From Christensenellales bacterium (lineage in GTDB: Bacteria > Bacillota > Clostridia > Christensenellales > Aristaeellaceae), in contig JAXJLD010000117.1 in assembly GCA_036297385.1 (NCBI GenBank), positions 22,208 through 86,207 on the forward strand: a stretch of 64,000 nt of DNA, written 5' to 3'. This document shows, piece by piece, positions 9,890-19,720 of the stretch. The notes below the pieces were generated by a model. The model was not told the origin of the DNA and did no database searches. It saw only the letters and a list, made by a program, of their open reading frames with translations. Numbering within the stretch: the stretch's first letter is position 1; each line of letters begins with the position of its first letter. Position numbers and translations under genes: made by a program.

Positions 9890-10569
9890 GAATGCTGATG
9901 CAGTTTCAAAAGGGCGACATCGTCCGTCATCTTGGGCTGCTGGACTTGCAGCGCACCATGCAGCGTGCGCTGCGCAGAAGCAATCTGCCGGTGGCCTACT
10001 CGAAGGGATTCAATCCGCATATCGTGATGTCCTTTGCCTCTGCGCTGTCCTCCGGCATTGCGGGCGATGCAGAGCTGCTGGATGTATCGCTTTGCGGTGA
10101 CACAACGGAAGAGGCGTGTCTCTGTGCGATGAACGCGGTCCTCCCTCCAGCACTTCAGGCGACCCGTGTGCGTTTGGTGGATGACCGTTTTCCTAAGGTG
10201 AGCGCTGCAATGCGCACGGCGCGGTATCGTTTGACACTGCGCGGCGGTGGTGCAAAGGCCATTGCAGAGGATGTACCGGCATTTTGTGCGGAATCGGAAA
10301 TCATGGCACTGCGCAAAACCAAGAAGAGCGAGACGATGGTCAATATCCGTCCGATGCTTCATGAGCTGACGGCGGCGTATGACGAGGCAACGGACACCAC
10401 TGTGCTGTGTGCGCGCGTTTCCTTTGTGGAGCAGGCGACACTGAAACCGGATCTCTTGCTCAGTTCGCTTTGCGCACACGCGCAGGCCGAACCGGCGCGA
10501 TGCGAGATCCGAAGGACGCAGCTCTTGGGCGAAGTCAACGGTCATCCCGTGCCGCTCATCGATATGTGA
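9886..10569 (+). CDS. Radical-SAM-linked protein (DUF2344 / TIGR03936-like)
   Basis: ATGA start/stop overlap with the upstream radical SAM gene. 227 aa, with HLDLQRTMQRALRRS..P..YSKGFNPH near the N-terminus. Confidence 0.75.
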   Translation: MRMLMQFQKGDIVRHLGLLDLQRTMQRALRRSNLPVAYSKGFNPHIVMSFASALSSGIAGDAELLDVSLCGDTTEEACLCAMNAVLPPALQATRVRLVDDRFPKVSAAMRTARYRLTLRGGGAKAIAEDVPAFCAESEIMALRKTKKSETMVNIRPMLHELTAAYDEATDTTVLCARVSFVEQATLKPDLLLSSLCAHAQAEPARCEIRRTQLLGEVNGHPVPLIDM

Positions 10570-10570
10570 T

Positions 10571-12010
10571 ATGAACAGGAAACTGATAATCGATGATGCG
10601 CCGGACTACCTGCGCGCGGCGGTGCTTGAGGACGGAAAGCTCTGTGAGATTCATGGAGAAAGCAAAAAGTCCTCCGGAGAAACAGAAAGCATCTTCTATG
10701 GACGGGTGCAGGCGATCAAGCCTTCGCTGAATGCGGCATTTCTGGATATTGGTATGCCGCTGCACGCCTTTTTGCCGCTGGAAGACGGCAGTTCACTGCG
10801 CTGCGGCGAATGGGTCATCGTTCAGGGACAGGCCAAGCAGGCGACGGATACCAAGGGACTGCGTGTCACCCGGACGATTAACCTCGCTGGAAAATGGCTT
10901 GTGCTGGTACCTCAGCAAACAGGCGTGCGTATCTCCAAGAAGGTAAAGCGGCCCGAATTGCGTGAAGCGCTGATGGATATCATGCAGCCGCTCTGCCCAG
11001 CGGATTGTGGCGTGATCGTTCGTACCGCATCGGAGAGCGTCACGCCGGACGTGCTGGAAGAGGAGCTGCATTCGCTGTATGCAGCATGGCGTGAGATATG
11101 CCAAAAAGCGGCGGGAATGACCAAGCCCGGGCTTTTGCACGCACGGCTTCCGCTTCATATGCGCCTGATTCGGGATCTGCGCGAGATTGAGCAGATTTAC
11201 ATCAATAGTCAGCTTGGATATGAAGCGCTGCTGGAAGCAAAGCAAGCCCGGCAGATTCCGCCGGAAACCCGCGTTGAGCAGTTCTGCGAAGATCGGCAGC
11301 TGCTTTTCGATGTGTTTGACTTGGAGACGCAGATTGACAAGGCGCTTCGCAGGCGCGTCTGGCTTCCGTGCGGAGGGTATTTGATCTTCGATTTTTGCGA
11401 AGCGATGACCGTGGTGGACGTCAATTCCGGTAAGATGGTCTTGGGACGCGATCCAGAGCAGGCGGCTCTGCGTGTCAACCTAGAAGCGGCTGAGGAGATT
11501 GCCCGGCAGCTCCGCCTTCGGGACATTGGCGGCATGATTGTGGTTGACTTTATTGACCTGCGCGAAGAGGAACATCGGCGCATACTGACAGCGCATATGA
11601 AAGAAGTGCTTGCAGGCGATCGGGCCAAGACGACGTTGGAAGGCTTGACTAGGCTGGGCCTGATGGAAATGACGCGCAAGCGAACACATACACAGCTTCA
11701 TAAGGCACTGTGCGTTGGATGCAGTTATTGTTCGGGCGACGGTGAAGTGCTTTCCGGCGAGGAAACGGCGCGGCGCGCACTGCGTCAGGTTCGCAGAATG
11801 TATCTCTCCGGACAGCGCGGGCCGTTTGTGGTTCGCTGCGCACCGAGCGCTGCGCAGGCACTGGAATCCATGAAGAACCCATTGAAGGAAATGCAGGTCT
11901 ATGCACTTGCGGTTTCCGGGCGCCATATGGAGCGATTTGACATTGAACAGACCAGCGAAGGCGTCCCGATTCCACGGGAGGCCAAGGCGCTGGAGACGAG
12001 GATGAAATGA
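10571..12010 (+). CDS. rng: Ribonuclease G/E family endoribonuclease
   Basis: S1-like N-terminus (FYGRVQAIKPSLNAAFLDIG), VVDVNSGK and IGGMIVVDFID motifs. It starts 1 nt after the upstream stop codon. Confidence 0.88.
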   Translation: MNRKLIIDDAPDYLRAAVLEDGKLCEIHGESKKSSGETESIFYGRVQAIKPSLNAAFLDIGMPLHAFLPLEDGSSLRCGEWVIVQGQAKQATDTKGLRVTRTINLAGKWLVLVPQQTGVRISKKVKRPELREALMDIMQPLCPADCGVIVRTASESVTPDVLEEELHSLYAAWREICQKAAGMTKPGLLHARLPLHMRLIRDLREIEQIYINSQLGYEALLEAKQARQIPPETRVEQFCEDRQLLFDVFDLETQIDKALRRRVWLPCGGYLIFDFCEAMTVVDVNSGKMVLGRDPEQAALRVNLEAAEEIARQLRLRDIGGMIVVDFIDLREEEHRRILTAHMKEVLAGDRAKTTLEGLTRLGLMEMTRKRTHTQLHKALCVGCSYCSGDGEVLSGEETARRALRQVRRMYLSGQRGPFVVRCAPSAAQALESMKNPLKEMQVYALAVSGRHMERFDIEQTSEGVPIPREAKALETRMK

Positions 12011-13437
12011 TGAAAAGACTGGAAGCCATCGAGCTGCCTGCGGCGGAAATTGCACATCAGAAAATGATGATGCGCGAATTTGCCGCCGTGAAAGACAGAC
12101 CGCACACCTACTATGTGGTCACCTATGGATGCCAGATGAACGCGCATGACAGCGAAAAGCTGGCGGGTATGCTGCTTGAAATGGGGATGACCGAAGCGGA
12201 AAGCCGGGAAAAAGCAGATTTTGTCATCTTTAATACCTGCTGTGTACGCGATAATGCTCAGCGCCGTGCGCTGGGAAACGTTACATGGCTCAAAGAAATC
12301 AAAAAGACGAGACCGGAGATGATGGTGGCCGTCTGCGGCTGCATGATGCAGCAGCAGGGTATGGGCGAGCAGATTCTCAGGCAGTATCCATTTGTGGATG
12401 TGGCATTTGGCACGCACAACCTGTACCGCTTTGCTGAGCTGATGCTTCAGGCGGTAAAGAGCCGCCGACGCGTTGTGGAGGTGATACAGGACGACGAGGG
12501 AAGTATCCCGGAAGAACTTCCTGTACACCGCAGCAGCCCTTATCACGCCTATATCACCATCATGTACGGCTGCAACAACTTCTGCTCGTACTGCATTGTG
12601 CCGTATGTGCGCGGCAGAGAGCGTTCTCGCGCATCTGATAGAATTATTGAGGAGGCGCAGCAGCTCAAGGCAGATGGCGTGAAGGAGATTATGCTGCTGG
12701 GTCAGAATGTCAACTCGTATGGCCTGGATGTGGAGGGTGAGCTGAGCTTTGCACAGCTCCTTGAAAAGCTGGACGAGGTGGGCATTGAGCGTATTCGCTT
12801 TATGACCTCGCATCCCAAGGACATCTCCGATGAGCTGATCGAAGTAATTGCTAAGTCGAAGCACATCTGTCATGCGCTGCACCTGCCTGTGCAGCACGGC
12901 AGCACCCGTGTGCTGGAATCCATGAATCGCCGCTATACGCGCGAAGGCTATCTGGCCCGCGTTCGCTCGATTCGAGAATGTATTCCGGATATGAGCCTGA
13001 CGACCGATCTGATTGTGGGCTATCCGGGTGAAACGGAAGAGGAATTTGAAGAAACCTGCTCGCTCGTCAGTACGGTAGGATATGACAGCGCGTTCACGTT
13101 TATCTATTCTCCGCGCATTGGAACGCGAGCGGCCAGTATGCCGGATCAGATTCCTGAGGAGGTCTCCTCGCGCAGGATTCAGAAGCTCATTGCCATTCAG
13201 AAGGACATCACCCGCCGCAACTATGCTGCCTATATCGGTCAGGTTCATCACGTTCTGGTGGAAGAAGCCTCCAAGCGGGATGAGCATCAAATGGCCGGAA
13301 AGAATGAGTACAACATTACCGTCAATTTCCCCGGCGATAGAAGCCTCATCGGCCAGATTGTCTGTGTAAAGATCACATCTGCCGGTGAAAGCACATTGCG
13401 CGGCGAAATGATCGATGTTACAACGTCTAATGAATAA
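12007..13437 (+). CDS. miaB: tRNA-2-methylthio-N6-dimethylallyladenosine synthase
   Basis: YGCQMNAHDSE (UPF0004 cluster), radical SAM motif CNNFCSYCIVPYVRGRERS, and a TRAM-like C-terminus. ATGA overlap with rng. Confidence 0.93.
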   Translation: MMKRLEAIELPAAEIAHQKMMMREFAAVKDRPHTYYVVTYGCQMNAHDSEKLAGMLLEMGMTEAESREKADFVIFNTCCVRDNAQRRALGNVTWLKEIKKTRPEMMVAVCGCMMQQQGMGEQILRQYPFVDVAFGTHNLYRFAELMLQAVKSRRRVVEVIQDDEGSIPEELPVHRSSPYHAYITIMYGCNNFCSYCIVPYVRGRERSRASDRIIEEAQQLKADGVKEIMLLGQNVNSYGLDVEGELSFAQLLEKLDEVGIERIRFMTSHPKDISDELIEVIAKSKHICHALHLPVQHGSTRVLESMNRRYTREGYLARVRSIRECIPDMSLTTDLIVGYPGETEEEFEETCSLVSTVGYDSAFTFIYSPRIGTRAASMPDQIPEEVSSRRIQKLIAIQKDITRRNYAAYIGQVHHVLVEEASKRDEHQMAGKNEYNITVNFPGDRSLIGQIVCVKITSAGESTLRGEMIDVTTSNE

Positions 13438-13465
13438 ACTATAACGATATCAGGAGGAAACAAAC

Positions 13466-13861
13466 ATGAGCAAGGTAACTGATTGCGCCCGCGAGCTGGG
13501 CAAGGCCATCATCGAATCCGAGGAATTCAAGAATATGCAGATTGCGGAGAATGCAGCAATGAGCGATCCGGAGGTTGCCGCTGCGATGGCACGCTTTCTC
13601 GAACTGAAGAATATGCTGGGCGAGGTGATGTGCCAGCCTGATGCAGATGCTAACACCATTTCCATGTATGGTCAGGAGATGGACGAGCTCCAGCAGAAGA
13701 TGAACGAGATGGAGATCGTCGATGCGATGACGTCCGCGCGTCAGAAGTTCTCTGAGATGATGAATCAGGTCAACAGCGTGCTGGAGTTTATCATTACCGG
13801 CGAAGCGCCGCAGCAGGGCGGATGCTCCGGTAACTGCGGAAGCTGCTCTGGCTGCCACTAA
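13466..13861 (+). CDS. YlbF/YmcA-family protein with a C-terminal Cys cluster
   Basis: 131 aa, helical. The pattern A.ELG.AI..SEEF resembles YlbF-family proteins. The C-terminus reads GGCSGNCGSCSGCH. AGGAGG lies upstream. Confidence 0.65.
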   Translation: MSKVTDCARELGKAIIESEEFKNMQIAENAAMSDPEVAAAMARFLELKNMLGEVMCQPDADANTISMYGQEMDELQQKMNEMEIVDAMTSARQKFSEMMNQVNSVLEFIITGEAPQQGGCSGNCGSCSGCH

Positions 13862-13892
13862 GCGATTAAGATTCCTGTACGGAGGCTGAAAC

Positions 13893-16490
13893 ATGGCAAA
13901 GATGACCCCTATGATGCGCCAGTATCTGGATATGAAGGACAGGTATCCGGGCATGATTCTGTTCTTTCGGCTGGGCGACTTCTATGAAATGTTCTTCGAG
14001 GACGCCAAGCTCGTTTCCCGGGAGCTGGAACTGACGCTGACGGGGAAAAGCTGCGGCATGGAGGAACGCGCACCGATGTGTGGCGTTCCATTTCACAGCG
14101 CTGAAACCTACATCAACCGATTGATCGAAAAAGGATACAAGGTCGCTATCTGCGAGCAGATGGAAGACCCAGCGACGACAAAGGGACTGGTGAAACGGGA
14201 CGTCATCCGTGTGGTGACACCCGGTACCGTCATCGAACAGTCGATGCTGGAGGATCGCCGGAACAATTACCTGCTCGCTGTCTGCATGGATGGTAATCGC
14301 GCAGGTTTGGCGTTCGTCGATGTCTCCACCGGAGAGTTCAGTACTTACGAAATCGAAAAAGCGAGTATTCGACTTCAGGATGAGCTGGCGCGTATCACAC
14401 CTAGGGAGATCATCGTCAATGCTGAACTGCCGCAAGATGCGACGTCGCTCCCGTACAGCGTAGAAAACAGCATCCATTTCCAGTATGGAAAAGCTAAGGC
14501 GGCGTTGCTGGAGCATTTTAAGGTGCAGTCCTTGGATGCTCTGGGATTGGAAGGATTGAAGCTGGGTGTGCGGGCTGCAGGTGCGCTGATGAAGTATCTT
14601 CAGGAGACGCAGAAGAATGCACTGGAGCATATCGTCACCATCACGCAATACTTCGATAAGCGCTTCATGATGTTGGATCATACGGCGCGGCATAACTTGG
14701 AACTGACAGAAACCATGCGCTCGCGTCAGAAGCAGGGAACGCTGCTGGGCGTGCTGGATTATACCTGTACCGCCATGGGTGGGCGTATGCTGCGCAGCTT
14801 TATTGAGCAGCCGCTTGCCGTCAAGGCGGATATCGACCGAAGGCTGGATGCTGTCGAGGCGCTGCAAAAGGCAGACATGACCGCGGATTTGTTGAGGGAA
14901 GAGCTGACACAGGTGTACGATGTGGAGCGCCTGCTCAGCCGCATTTCCTATCGCAACATCAATGCCAAGGATTGCTTGGCGCTGCGTGACTCGCTATCCC
15001 ATGTGCCGGCCATCTATGCAGCCGTCCGCGAGCTTGACCCTAAGGGCTTGCTAGGCGAGCTGTTAAGTCAGCTTACGCCGCTTGATGATGTGGTGGATCT
15101 GCTGACGCGCGCTATCAATCCCGATGCGCCCATGCTAATGAGCGAAGGTCACTTCATTCGAGACGGATACCATGCCGAGCTGGACAAGCTGCGGGAGGCT
15201 TCTGCACACGGCAAGCAGTGGATTGCCGATCTGGAGGCCAAGGAGCGCGAACTCACCAAGATCAAGAATCTCAAGATTCAGTACAACAAGGTCTTTGGTT
15301 ACTATATCGAGGTTACCAAGTCGAATTACGATCAGGTTCCCTTCCGTTATACACGGAAGCAGACGCTGGCCAACTGCGAACGCTACATGACACCGGAGCT
15401 TCACGAGATTGAAGAGACGGTGCTGGGTGCGCAGGAGAAGGCGCTGCGGTTGGAGCAGGGGCTGTTTATGGAGATTCGAGATTTCCTCTCTGAGCAGATA
15501 CCTCGGATTCAGAAAACGGCCGTAGGACTCAAGACACTCGATGCGCTGCTTTCCTTGGCGATTGCGGCAGTGCGCAATCACTATGTCCGTCCGCAGATTA
15601 CGGAGGACGGCGTGATCGACATTGAAAACGGTCGGCATCCTGTCGTGGAGGCTGAGCTGCATGGAGACAATCTCTTCGTGCCAAACAGCACATTGATGGA
15701 TGAAAACGATAACCGTATGCTGATCGTAACCGGCCCCAATATGGCGGGCAAAAGCACCTATATGCGGCAGGTGGCGCTCGTTACGCTGATGGCGCACATG
15801 GGAAGCTTTGTCCCAGCGGACAGCGCAAGGATCGGCGTAGTCGATCGCATCTTCACGCGCGTGGGCGCGTCGGATGATCTGGCGAGCGGGCAATCGACGT
15901 TCATGGTGGAAATGAACGAGATGGCGCACATTCTTCGCAGCGCAACGGCGCACTCGCTGATTATTCTGGATGAGATCGGACGCGGAACCAGCACGTTTGA
16001 CGGCTTGAGCATCGCTTGGGCTGTGGTGGAATATCTAGTAGACCAGCAGAAAATTGGCGCAAAGACGCTGTTTGCGACGCATTATCATGAATTGAGCGAG
16101 CTGGAAGGCCGGCTGCCGGGCGTGGTCAATTATCGAATCAGCGTTAAAGAGCACGGCGAGGACATCATTTTCCTGCGCAAGATCGAGCGCGGCGGCGCGG
16201 ATAAGAGCTTTGGCATCCATGTGGCGCATCTGGCTGGTCTACCCAGACCCGTCATCATGCGCGCACACGAGATTCTGGCACGCCTTGAAACCAATGACGT
16301 CAATCAGACAAGCATTGGCCAGAATATTCTGGGTGATGAGCTGGATAAGAAACCCAAGCAAGTCAACCTATTTGAAGCGCCTGCCATGGACTTGGTTGAA
16401 GAAATACGCTCGATGGACGTGATGTCTATGACGCCCATTGAAGCGCTGAATACGCTCTTTACGCTGCGCGAAAAAGCACGGCGTGCGTAA
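13893..16490 (+). CDS. mutS: DNA mismatch repair protein MutS
   Basis: MTPMMRQYL..K, FFRLGDFYEMF, Walker A GPNMAGKSTYMRQ and DEIGRGTST. Confidence 0.98.
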   Translation: MAKMTPMMRQYLDMKDRYPGMILFFRLGDFYEMFFEDAKLVSRELELTLTGKSCGMEERAPMCGVPFHSAETYINRLIEKGYKVAICEQMEDPATTKGLVKRDVIRVVTPGTVIEQSMLEDRRNNYLLAVCMDGNRAGLAFVDVSTGEFSTYEIEKASIRLQDELARITPREIIVNAELPQDATSLPYSVENSIHFQYGKAKAALLEHFKVQSLDALGLEGLKLGVRAAGALMKYLQETQKNALEHIVTITQYFDKRFMMLDHTARHNLELTETMRSRQKQGTLLGVLDYTCTAMGGRMLRSFIEQPLAVKADIDRRLDAVEALQKADMTADLLREELTQVYDVERLLSRISYRNINAKDCLALRDSLSHVPAIYAAVRELDPKGLLGELLSQLTPLDDVVDLLTRAINPDAPMLMSEGHFIRDGYHAELDKLREASAHGKQWIADLEAKERELTKIKNLKIQYNKVFGYYIEVTKSNYDQVPFRYTRKQTLANCERYMTPELHEIEETVLGAQEKALRLEQGLFMEIRDFLSEQIPRIQKTAVGLKTLDALLSLAIAAVRNHYVRPQITEDGVIDIENGRHPVVEAELHGDNLFVPNSTLMDENDNRMLIVTGPNMAGKSTYMRQVALVTLMAHMGSFVPADSARIGVVDRIFTRVGASDDLASGQSTFMVEMNEMAHILRSATAHSLIILDEIGRGTSTFDGLSIAWAVVEYLVDQQKIGAKTLFATHYHELSELEGRLPGVVNYRISVKEHGEDIIFLRKIERGGADKSFGIHVAHLAGLPRPVIMRAHEILARLETNDVNQTSIGQNILGDELDKKPKQVNLFEAPAMDLVEEIRSMDVMSMTPIEALNTLFTLREKARRA

Positions 16491-16507
16491 TACAGAAAGG
16501 AAAGGAG

Positions 16508-18583
16508 ATGCCGCATTTGGAAGAAAGACCGATTATCAGGCTAAACGAAGAGATCATCGGCAAGATAGCAGCGGGCGAAGTGGTGGAAAGCCCCGCTTCT
16601 GCCATCAAGGAGTTGGTGGAGAACAGCCTTGATGCGGGTGCAACGTGCGTAACCGTAGAAATCCGTGACGGCGGCATTTCCTATTTGCGTGTGACCGACA
16701 ATGGGAAAGGCATTCCCAGCCGCGATGTACGTCTGGCCTTTGAGCGCCATGCAACCAGCAAAATCCGCAAATCGGATGACTTGTTTGACCTACACACCCT
16801 CGGCTTTCGCGGAGAAGCGCTTGCCTCCATCGCAGCGGTCAGCAAGCTGGTTCTTACCACGCGCCATGCGGGCGAGGAAACCGGCACGCGCGCCGTCAAC
16901 GAGGGCGGTGTGATCAAGTCGGTGGGCGAAGCTGCCAGCCCGCAGGGAACCACCATTGTTGCGCGGGAGCTGTTTTACAACACGCCGGTTCGGCTCAAAT
17001 TTCTCAAAAAGCCGGTGACAGAAGCGGCACGCGTGGCAGAGGTAATCGCACGCATGATTCTGTCGCGGCCGGATATCTCCTTCCGTTTGATGCATAACAG
17101 CAAGCAGGTGTATACCAGCTCCGGCAACGGAGATTTGCGCAGCGCGGTATTCAGCCTATACGGGCGTGAAGTTGCCCACGCCATGATGCCGGTGCGTGGA
17201 GAGGGCGGCGTATCGGTGTCCGGTCTGGTAGGCTTGGGCCTTCAGGCGCGTGCCAATCGTTCCAGACAGACGTTTATTGTCAATGGGCGCACGATCCGCA
17301 GCACGCTGCTCACGCAGGCTCTGGAGGATGCGTGCCGCGAGCGCGTTACGGTAGGGCATTATCCTATTTGTGTGCTGAATGTCCAGATGCCCAATACGAT
17401 GGTGGATGTCAACGTGCATCCCAACAAGCTGGAAGTGCGTTTTAGCGATGAAAATCTGATTTATCAAGCGGTGAAAGGTGCCATTGCTGACAGTCTGACC
17501 CGCTCGCCGCTGGCCAGCGCACCGCAGATTACGCTGACCAGTGAGCCGGAGCAGAGCCTTGCGAGCACGGTTCGCGTCATCGACACAGAGACAGAGGACG
17601 GCATGGAGCGTGCGCGACAGGCAGTGGCAGAGACGCAGCCAGAAAGCCCGAAGCCGGAGGTACAGGTTCATGTGATCAATGTGCCGCCTGCTAAGACTTC
17701 GCCATCCCCATCTGAAGCGGCAAGCAAAACAGATGAAAGCGCTATGTACCCAACTCCGAGTCAACAAGCTGAATTTACATCGTTCGTGACGCAGTATTTC
17801 GGCGGCGCAGCGCAGCGATCTGCAGTATTGCATGAATCGACTATTCCTGGGCGCATAGAAGATCTGACTGTTCGCCAACCCGCTGCGATGCAAAATAAAA
17901 CGCTTCCGGAGGAAGGCTGTTCTGCATCTTTGCCCGAAAAGCCAGAAGCAGCGCCTGTACAAGAAAGCCTGCTGCAGCCTGTCACAGAGGATACTACGGA
18001 TGCGTTGGCAGGGTATAGCGTAATTGGCGTGGCATTTGATACCTATATTATCCTCCAAAATGACAAGCAGCTTTTGCTCATCGACCAGCACGCCGCACAC
18101 GAACGCATCCTCTATGAAAAGCTGATGCGGGAAATTGATGCGGGTACAGGTTCGCAGGTATTGATGGTTGCGCAGGTTGTTGAGGTGACGCCGCAGGATG
18201 CAGCTAAAATTGAAACTTATGCAGAGGAGATCAAGGCTGCGGGATTTGACATTGAGCCGTTTGGAGACCATGCCTATCAAATCCGCGCGGTACCGAATGT
18301 GCTGGGCATACCTCAAAGCAAAAGTGCCTTTTTGGAGATGGTCGATCGTTTGGGCGAGCTGCGTGTCCTATCCACACGTCAGAAGCGGCGTGATGCAATT
18401 TTGCAGATGGCCTGTAAGAAAGCCATTAAAGGCGGCGACAAGCTGACGATGGAGGAAATCCGACCGCTGCTCGCTGATGTGGTTTCCAGCAGTGCGCCGC
18501 CAACCTGTCCGCATGGCAGACCGTTGGTCGTGACGCTCAGCAGAAGTGAAATTGAGAAGCGCTTCCGGCGCATCAACAATTGA
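16508..18583 (+). CDS. mutL: DNA mismatch repair protein MutL
   Basis: IAAGEVVE.PAS..KELVENSLDAG, GFRGEALASI and C-terminal CPHGRP. Confidence 0.97.
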   Translation: MPHLEERPIIRLNEEIIGKIAAGEVVESPASAIKELVENSLDAGATCVTVEIRDGGISYLRVTDNGKGIPSRDVRLAFERHATSKIRKSDDLFDLHTLGFRGEALASIAAVSKLVLTTRHAGEETGTRAVNEGGVIKSVGEAASPQGTTIVARELFYNTPVRLKFLKKPVTEAARVAEVIARMILSRPDISFRLMHNSKQVYTSSGNGDLRSAVFSLYGREVAHAMMPVRGEGGVSVSGLVGLGLQARANRSRQTFIVNGRTIRSTLLTQALEDACRERVTVGHYPICVLNVQMPNTMVDVNVHPNKLEVRFSDENLIYQAVKGAIADSLTRSPLASAPQITLTSEPEQSLASTVRVIDTETEDGMERARQAVAETQPESPKPEVQVHVINVPPAKTSPSPSEAASKTDESAMYPTPSQQAEFTSFVTQYFGGAAQRSAVLHESTIPGRIEDLTVRQPAAMQNKTLPEEGCSASLPEKPEAAPVQESLLQPVTEDTTDALAGYSVIGVAFDTYIILQNDKQLLLIDQHAAHERILYEKLMREIDAGTGSQVLMVAQVVEVTPQDAAKIETYAEEIKAAGFDIEPFGDHAYQIRAVPNVLGIPQSKSAFLEMVDRLGELRVLSTRQKRRDAILQMACKKAIKGGDKLTMEEIRPLLADVVSSSAPPTCPHGRPLVVTLSRSEIEKRFRRINN

Positions 18584-18594
18584 GGAGGCACGCC

Positions 18595-19533
18595 ATGAAA
18601 CCGACCGTGCTTGCGCTTGTCGGCCCAACAGGATCTGGAAAAACGCAGACCGCCATTCGGATCTGCCAAAGTTTGCCTGCTGAAATCGTCTCGATGGACT
18701 CCATGCAGATTTATCGCGGCATGGATATCGGAACGGCAAAGCCGACGCGGGAAGAACTGGCTGCCGTACCGCACCATATGATCGATATCGCTGAACCGGA
18801 CGAGCTATTTACGGTATCCATGTACAGAGATATGGCATACCGTGTTATCGACGACATCCTAAAACGCGGCAAAGTGCCGCTTCTGGTAGGCGGAACCGGT
18901 TTATATCTCCAAGCGATCAGCTATGAGATGAGCCTTGGAGATAAGGGCGCGGATCATGCGCTGCGCGAACGCCTGCAAACTATCGCCACAGAACCGGGTG
19001 GAGAGAGAAAACTGCATGATATGCTTGCTCAGGTCGATCCGGATAGTGCAGAAAAGCTGCATCCGCACGATGTGCGCCGTGTGATCCGCGCTTTGGAAAT
19101 CTATGAAACTTCTGGACGCACCAAAAGTGAGCAGACAGACGTCAGGCGAGAAGGCCCCTACCACGTCAAGGTCTACGGATTGTCGTTGCCGCGCGATCAG
19201 ATGTATGCGCGAATTGATGCGCGTGTCAATGAGATGATGGAACAAGGGCTGGTTGACGAAGTAAAAGGGCTGCTCGAGTGTGGTATTCAGCCCAGGCAAG
19301 AAGGCGGCGCGATGCAGGCCATCGGTTACAAGGAGATTGTCAGCGCGCTTCGTGGTGAAATCACGATGGATCGGGCGGTTGAATTGATTCAGCAAGGATC
19401 GCGCAGATATGCAAAGCGGCAATGGACATGGTTCCGTCGTGATCCGAGAACTGTATGGCTGGACTGGACAACCTATTCTACACCTGAAGCGTTGATTGAT
19501 GATCTGCTTGGGCAGATGCGCCATGACCTTTAG
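18595..19533 (+). CDS. miaA: tRNA dimethylallyltransferase
   Basis: MKPTVLALVGPTGSGKT start 6 nt after GAGGAGG, then DSMQIYRGMDIGTAKP. The ORF opens at 18580. Confidence 0.95.
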   Translation: MKPTVLALVGPTGSGKTQTAIRICQSLPAEIVSMDSMQIYRGMDIGTAKPTREELAAVPHHMIDIAEPDELFTVSMYRDMAYRVIDDILKRGKVPLLVGGTGLYLQAISYEMSLGDKGADHALRERLQTIATEPGGERKLHDMLAQVDPDSAEKLHPHDVRRVIRALEIYETSGRTKSEQTDVRREGPYHVKVYGLSLPRDQMYARIDARVNEMMEQGLVDEVKGLLECGIQPRQEGGAMQAIGYKEIVSALRGEITMDRAVELIQQGSRRYAKRQWTWFRRDPRTVWLDWTTYSTPEALIDDLLGQMRHDL

Positions 19534-19649
19534 TTTATCTGAATAAACAGACTTTTGGTCTAAAATGGAAAATAGATCCGCAGTCTGCTTAACTGAGCAT
19601 GGTTTTTTCGGCGTCTGCATCGCAATAGGTGGCGATAGCAAGAAAAGGC

Positions 19650-19678
19650 TTGAAGATTATACGAAGATGGAGTAAAAT
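19650..19678 (+). promoter_or_regulatory. Sigma-A type promoter for xpt
   Basis: TTGAAG (19650-19655), 17-nt spacer, TAAAAT (19673-19678), 42 nt upstream of the ATG. Confidence 0.55.
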
Positions 19679-19720
19679 AGATTTACTTTATTCTAACTAA
19701 GGAAAGGACCCGAGACGAAT

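Noticed and set aside
19534-19720. I looked for a guanine/purine riboswitch upstream of xpt and for an hfq gene after miaA, both common arrangements in Firmicutes. There is also a 36-codon ORF starting at about 19586.
   Set aside because: I could not find the conserved purine-riboswitch core (the UAUA.. P1 stem and junction motifs). The leader from the predicted promoter is only about 40 nt. No Hfq-like Sm motif appears in any frame. The small ORF has no SD and no recognisable features.
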